Part shown: positions 60,090 through 64,000 of the stretch, piece by piece
Layout: every line of letters starts with the position of its first letter
Position numbering within the stretch: the stretch's first letter is position 1
DNA from: an uncultured Planctomycetota bacterium
Lineage (GTDB): Bacteria > Planctomycetota > Planctomycetia > Isosphaerales > Isosphaeraceae
Length of the DNA stretch: 64,000 bases
NCBI GenBank assembly: GCA_963823665.1
Contig: CAWGMQ010000006.1
Location: forward strand, 1,376,001-1,440,000
Direction of reading: 5' to 3'
Made by a program: the position numbers and the translations under genes
Notes under the pieces: generated by a model
Seen by the model: only the letters and a program-made list of their open reading frames with translations
Database searches by the model: none
Told to the model about the DNA's origin: nothing

Positions 60090-60660
60090 TTAGAGGCGGC
60101 TGTCGGGTTCGGCGATCTGAAGCCGCAGATAGCACTTGGCGTAAGCCCAGTCGTTTTCAGCGGTTGCCAGAGAGACAGAAAGCGCGTCGGCGGCCTCCTG
60201 GGTTGTGGAGACCGGCAAAAAATCGCAGCTTGACGACCGCGGCCGCTCGGGGATCGGTCTTTTCGAGTTGCTCCAGGGCCTCGTTGAGGGCCAGCATATC
60301 GAGCTGGGGACCCGGCAATGCCGGCTCGATCTCAGAGAAGTCGAGTCGCCTGAGTTTGCCGCCTGCCTTGAAACTGGCTTTGTGCCGGGCTTGATCAATC
60401 AGAATCCAGCGTATGGCCTCCGCAGCGGCCGCGAAGAAGTGGCCGCGGCCACGCCATTGCCGCGTCTCGGCGCCGTCCACCAGCCGCACATAGGCTTCAT
60501 GCACCAGCGCCGTTGCATCGAGCGTCTGACCGGGTTTTTCCTGGGCCAGCTTTGCCGCCGCCAATTCACGCAGTTCCTTGTACACCAGCGGCAATAGCTC
60601 GGCAGCGGCGTGCGGATCGCCTTGTTCGACGGCGGACATTATGCGGCTGACTTCGCTCAT
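60090..60660 (-). CDS. ECF sigma factor, TIGR02999/ECF43 type (frameshift near 60210)
   Basis: MSEVSRI...ELLPLVYKELRELAA...PGQTLDATALVHEAYVRL, HFFAAAAEA and VVKLRFFAGL. Region 4 (QEAADALSVSLATAENDWAYAK) is in a shifted frame. Confidence 0.93.
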
Positions 60661-60870
60661 GGCCCGCACCAAGCGCCTCGAGGGAGAAGTGCCAGAACGG
60701 AGTGTACATGCGCGGCAAGCTCATCGCCAGGGGCTTCGATGGCGTGGGCTTGCACTCCTTTGAACGCGTCCCCAGCCCGCGCCGGGTTTGATCCATCCTC
60801 GGCGCCCAAATGGTTCAGCGGCCCTCAGGCATGGTCGCTCCGATCCCATCCGGCCGCTTTGACCTCCTCT

Positions 60871-61170
60871 TCAGCAATGCGTTGCGGCCAGCCTAATCAA
60901 GCCGCTCGTCCGCCTGCGGAAACAAAGTGTCGAGCCGTAGATAGGGTATTCAACGAAATGTGGGGGAGCAAAAACTTCGCTACGCAAATGGTTTAGCGCT
61001 TGCTCCGCAGCCCGGTAGCGATCGATCGGCGAGCCTTCCCGCACCGCGCCGTAGAGCTCGTCTGCGAACTCTGGAGTACCAAATTCGAGCGCCATACGCA
61101 CGTCGCAAAAAGTGATATTGATCCAGGGAAAGAGAGGTCCCTTGTAATGCGATGGTCCATTCGAGGCCAT
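60871..61170 (-). CDS. Hypothetical protein (99 aa)
   Basis: GAGGAGG RBS; ATG lies 1 nt after the upstream stop. Confidence 0.55.
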   Translation of the reverse strand: MASNGPSHYKGPLFPWINITFCDVRMALEFGTPEFADELYGAVREGSPIDRYRAAEQALNHLRSEVFAPPHFVEYPIYGSTLCFRRRTSGLIRLAATHC

Positions 61171-61171
61171 T

Positions 61172-61936
61172 TCACGCCTCCTCGTGTCGGAGCGAGATTT
61201 GAACAACGTGGTATCCGGCGGACCAGTGCGCGCCGTTGCCTATCCCGGAGTCGTCAGGACTGAAGTCCACGTCCTCCATGCTCATTATCAACTCATCCCG
61301 ATCTTTCAAGTGTAGAATCCTCTCGTAGACGGAGGGAAAATCGGCGTAGCTGAACTTATAGCTTCCATCTGCCCCTCCGCCGGGCTTGATCGCCCAGTGC
61401 ACTTGCATCAGCCATCCATTGATTTCGCGACCGGGCACGACGTGCCGCTTCAAGAGATTCGACGATGACTCCTGCGACGTGTTCGGAGGAATATCGAATG
61501 CCTCGTTAGACCGCCATAACGCCTCCCCGCCTCGCGCCTCGGCCGCGCTCATTTCCACGGCGAGGCTGACCTCGGACGCTGGCATTCCCTTACTCCGGAC
61601 CGAGGGCGGCGTGCCAGCGAACAGCGGCCTCAGAACCGACGGCTGCGGTGTTGGATCGGGCGGATCGGCTTCGGATCGCTGTGAAGCTTCGGCGTTGTTC
61701 GACCGGCGGGCAGTTGGATGGCGCGAAAGCTCCGCTCCAAGGAAAAAGTGGAACGAGACTGCGCCCCACATCAAGCTCATGATCGCGACGCCGCCAAGCA
61801 GCCAGGTCACACGCCTCACGGGAGCCTTTGTCGGTTTCAGGTCCCAACGACCGTCGATGACCGGATCGTAATCGTAGACATTTCGGAGGTAAGCTCCCAC
61901 GGCACGGCACTCCTCGGGCTTGACCGTCAGACCCAC
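61172..61936 (-). CDS. Hypothetical single-pass membrane protein
   Basis: 254-aa ORF with TM WLLGGVAIMSLMWGAVSFHFFLG and a Pro-rich linker. Starts 6 nt after the DUF4058 stop. Confidence 0.6.
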   Translation of the reverse strand: MGLTVKPEECRAVGAYLRNVYDYDPVIDGRWDLKPTKAPVRRVTWLLGGVAIMSLMWGAVSFHFFLGAELSRHPTARRSNNAEASQRSEADPPDPTPQPSVLRPLFAGTPPSVRSKGMPASEVSLAVEMSAAEARGGEALWRSNEAFDIPPNTSQESSSNLLKRHVVPGREINGWLMQVHWAIKPGGGADGSYKFSYADFPSVYERILHLKDRDELIMSMEDVDFSPDDSGIGNGAHWSAGYHVVQISLRHEEA

Positions 61937-61942
61937 CCCCCT

Positions 61943-62713
61943 CTAAGCCGACGCCGAATTCTCGTCCGGCGGTGCGCCATGCTCGACAAAGTACTGAAAA
62001 TCCGCCGGGCATACGTCCCATGCCGCCATGTACGTTCTTTCGAGCGGCACGTTGACGTACAACTTCGGGTCCAACCAGGCGGGCATGTCCCGTAGCGATG
62101 CGCCGACACGCAGCGGTTCAATGAATGCCTCCGGCGTGAATTCAACGAGCGGCGCGGCCGCGCGGTAGGAGACGAGAAGGAGCGGTTCGTCGGCGGGTAG
62201 CGCAAAGGGTACGTCTTCGTCAAACTCATCCCAGATGAGCTTGTGCAGGCTCTGCGGGTCTTGCGGGCCCGGCGGGAATGGATCGACGATGAGAAGATTG
62301 ATTCCGCTTCTCAGGAACTCGACCGCTTTGGAAACGAACTCTCGGACGGCGAGTTTGCCGTTCTTATTTCCCGGCGAGACGACCTCTATCAACGAGACGA
62401 CTTCGCCGAGGTGATGGCGGATCGTGACCCGGTTGGCTCGCTCGTGGAACCTGCCCTCGCGCGGTTGGACGACCATCCGCGTGCGTGGGGGCGCGAGCGC
62501 CACAATCTCCGTTCGTGAGCGAGTGGACTTCGTGCTCGGACGTTGCACGGTCAACACGTCGGGATAAAGTCCGGACGAGTACTGCCCCACAAGCGCGGAG
62601 TATCCTTCGGGCAACATCCCGGCATTGAGCGCGTCGCAGATTGCGATCGTCCACCGTTGGTGGAAGTGGTGGTATATCGTGGCCGGAACGCGTTTCCAAT
62701 TGTGCATCGGCAC
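61943..62713 (-). CDS. DUF4058 family protein
   Basis: MPMHNW...HHFHQRW, YPDVL, IEVVSPGNK, GINLLIVD and VPLERTYMAAW. GGAGG RBS. Confidence 0.9.
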   Translation of the reverse strand: MPMHNWKRVPATIYHHFHQRWTIAICDALNAGMLPEGYSALVGQYSSGLYPDVLTVQRPSTKSTRSRTEIVALAPPRTRMVVQPREGRFHERANRVTIRHHLGEVVSLIEVVSPGNKNGKLAVREFVSKAVEFLRSGINLLIVDPFPPGPQDPQSLHKLIWDEFDEDVPFALPADEPLLLVSYRAAAPLVEFTPEAFIEPLRVGASLRDMPAWLDPKLYVNVPLERTYMAAWDVCPADFQYFVEHGAPPDENSASA

Positions 62714-62932
62714 GGCGAAGCCTCCAAATGGATCTTACCACGATATTTGTTTCCGTAAAAACTGGGATTCAGACGAGAATGGTCCGAGAGCGATCACGAT
62801 AATCGACGGCACTCTAACGCGATAATCCATGATTTGTCTCTCATCGGACGTTGCGCGAGCTCCGGTGGCCCCTCGTTTGCGTCTGTGCGTCCCTTTGCCT
62901 GTCTCGGCGGAATCTCGACTCGGAGCCAACTC

Positions 62933-64000
62933 ATGACCACGAGAACGTTCCTCAAGCTGTCCACCGCGATCATGCGCCGATGGTCCAAAATTCGGTTCTT
63001 CGGCCAGGCGCCCGGCCAGACCGCATCCGCCGCCAAGCTCACCAACTGGGCCGGCAACTTTACATACAGCACCGCGAACGTGCATCGCCTCGCGTCGATC
63101 GAACAGGTCCGCACGTTCGTCAAGCAGCACGATGCGCTCAGGGTGCTCGGCACGCGCCATTGCTTTAACGGCATCGCCGACAGTCCCCACGCCCTCATCT
63201 CCCTCGAACCGATGAGTGAGGTGGTCGCGCTGGACGCGAAGGCACGCAGGGTGATCGTCGAGGCGGGGATGACCTACGGCCGCTTGTGCCCCTTGCTCCA
63301 TGAGAAGGGCTTCGCGCTGCACAACCTCGCCTCGCTGCCTCACATCTGCATCGCCGGCGCCTGCGCCACCGCGACGCATGGTTCCGGCATCAAGAACGGA
63401 AACCTGGCGACGGCGGTCTCGGCCCTGGAGCTCGTCACGGCCAATGGAGATCTTCTGACGCTCTCTCGCGAAAAGAACGGCGACACATTCCTCGGGGCCG
63501 TCGTCAATCTGGGAGCCCTCGGCGTGATCACCAAAATCACGCTGGAAGTCCAGCCGACGTTCCAGATGCGGCAACTTGTCTACGTGGATCTCCCCCTGGC
63601 GCAACTGGCCAGCCATTTCGAGGCGATCATGTCGAGCGGCTACAGCGTCAGCCTCTTCACCGACTGGCAGAACCAGCGGATCAACCAGGTGTGGATCAAG
63701 CGCCGCGTCGACGACGGGGGAACGACAGCCGCCGATCCGGAGTTTCACGGGGCCAGGCTCGCGACCCGGAACCTCCACCCGATCACCGCGCTCTCGGCCG
63801 AGAACTGCACGGAGCAGATGGGGCTGCCCGGCCCCTGGTACGAGCGATTGCCCCACTTCCGCATGGGGTTCACCCCGAGCAGCGGCAAGGAGCTGCAATC
63901 GGAATACTTCGTCCCCCGCAAGGATGCCGTCGAGGCCATCCTGGCGATCGAGCGCCTGCGCGATCGAGTCGGCCCCCACCTGCTCATCTCGGAGCTGCGC
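62933..64000 (+). CDS. FAD-linked alditol/xylitol oxidase-like protein (runs off window end)
   Basis: LTNWAGNFTY, VLGTRHCFNGIAD (flavin-linked His position), LHNLASLPHI..AGACATATHGSG and GPWYERLPHFR...ELQSEYFV. Confidence 0.92.
   Translation, partial: MTTRTFLKLSTAIMRRWSKIRFFGQAPGQTASAAKLTNWAGNFTYSTANVHRLASIEQVRTFVKQHDALRVLGTRHCFNGIADSPHALISLEPMSEVVALDAKARRVIVEAGMTYGRLCPLLHEKGFALHNLASLPHICIAGACATATHGSGIKNGNLATAVSALELVTANGDLLTLSREKNGDTFLGAVVNLGALGVITKITLEVQPTFQMRQLVYVDLPLAQLASHFEAIMSSGYSVSLFTDWQNQRINQVWIKRRVDDGGTTAADPEFHGARLATRNLHPITALSAENCTEQMGLPGPWYERLPHFRMGFTPSSGKELQSEYFVPRKDAVEAILAIERLRDRVGPHLLISELR

Noticed and set aside
60190..60230. Programmed frameshift in the sigma gene
   Set aside because: No slippery heptamer, and similar indels are common across the window.
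62933..63030. Canonical Tat signal on the oxidase
   Set aside because: TTRTFLK has a single Arg and no clear hydrophobic region follows, so export cannot be asserted.
62735..63979. 414-aa minus-strand ORF
   Set aside because: Shadow of the plus-strand alditol oxidase-like gene, which the track misses because it lacks a stop in the window.

Overview
High-GC window with Planctomycetota hallmarks, probably Isosphaeraceae-like: DUF4058, a TIGR02999/ECF43-type sigma factor, Ser/Thr kinase-TPR proteins, and secreted proteins with R-rich LE.R.LL leaders. It has four zones. (1) 1-13.6 kb is a decayed accessory region. It holds a frameshifted mobile-element ATPase with iteron-like repeats, an IS481 end, a TPR-CHAT protease, two differently deleted trmH copies, DUF4365 fragments, Imm49-like and ankyrin genes, and a VOC gene cassette with a canonical attC site but no integrase. 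(2) 13.6-16.6 kb is an intact three-gene operon: an aminopropyltransferase fused to an internal signal-peptide-like segment and a Gly/Tyr-rich tail, a FemABX-type transferase and SAM decarboxylase. This is my best candidate for an undescribed system. (3) 17.7-25.3 kb carries Gly-rich and Kelch/ricin secreted proteins plus sigma and IS1380 remnants. (4) 25.3-60.7 kb is a 35 kb minus-strand array: one ECF43-type sigma, three paralogous kinase-TM-TPR receptors, beta-helix adhesin-like proteins up to about 2930 aa, and ICMT-like methyltransferases, partly built by tandem duplication. The window ends with two unknown genes, DUF4058 and a truncated alditol oxidase-like gene. Many single-base frameshifts suggest long-read indel errors, so several split genes may be intact in vivo. 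No rRNA, tRNA or CRISPR array was seen. All family calls come from motif recognition by eye, not from database searches.
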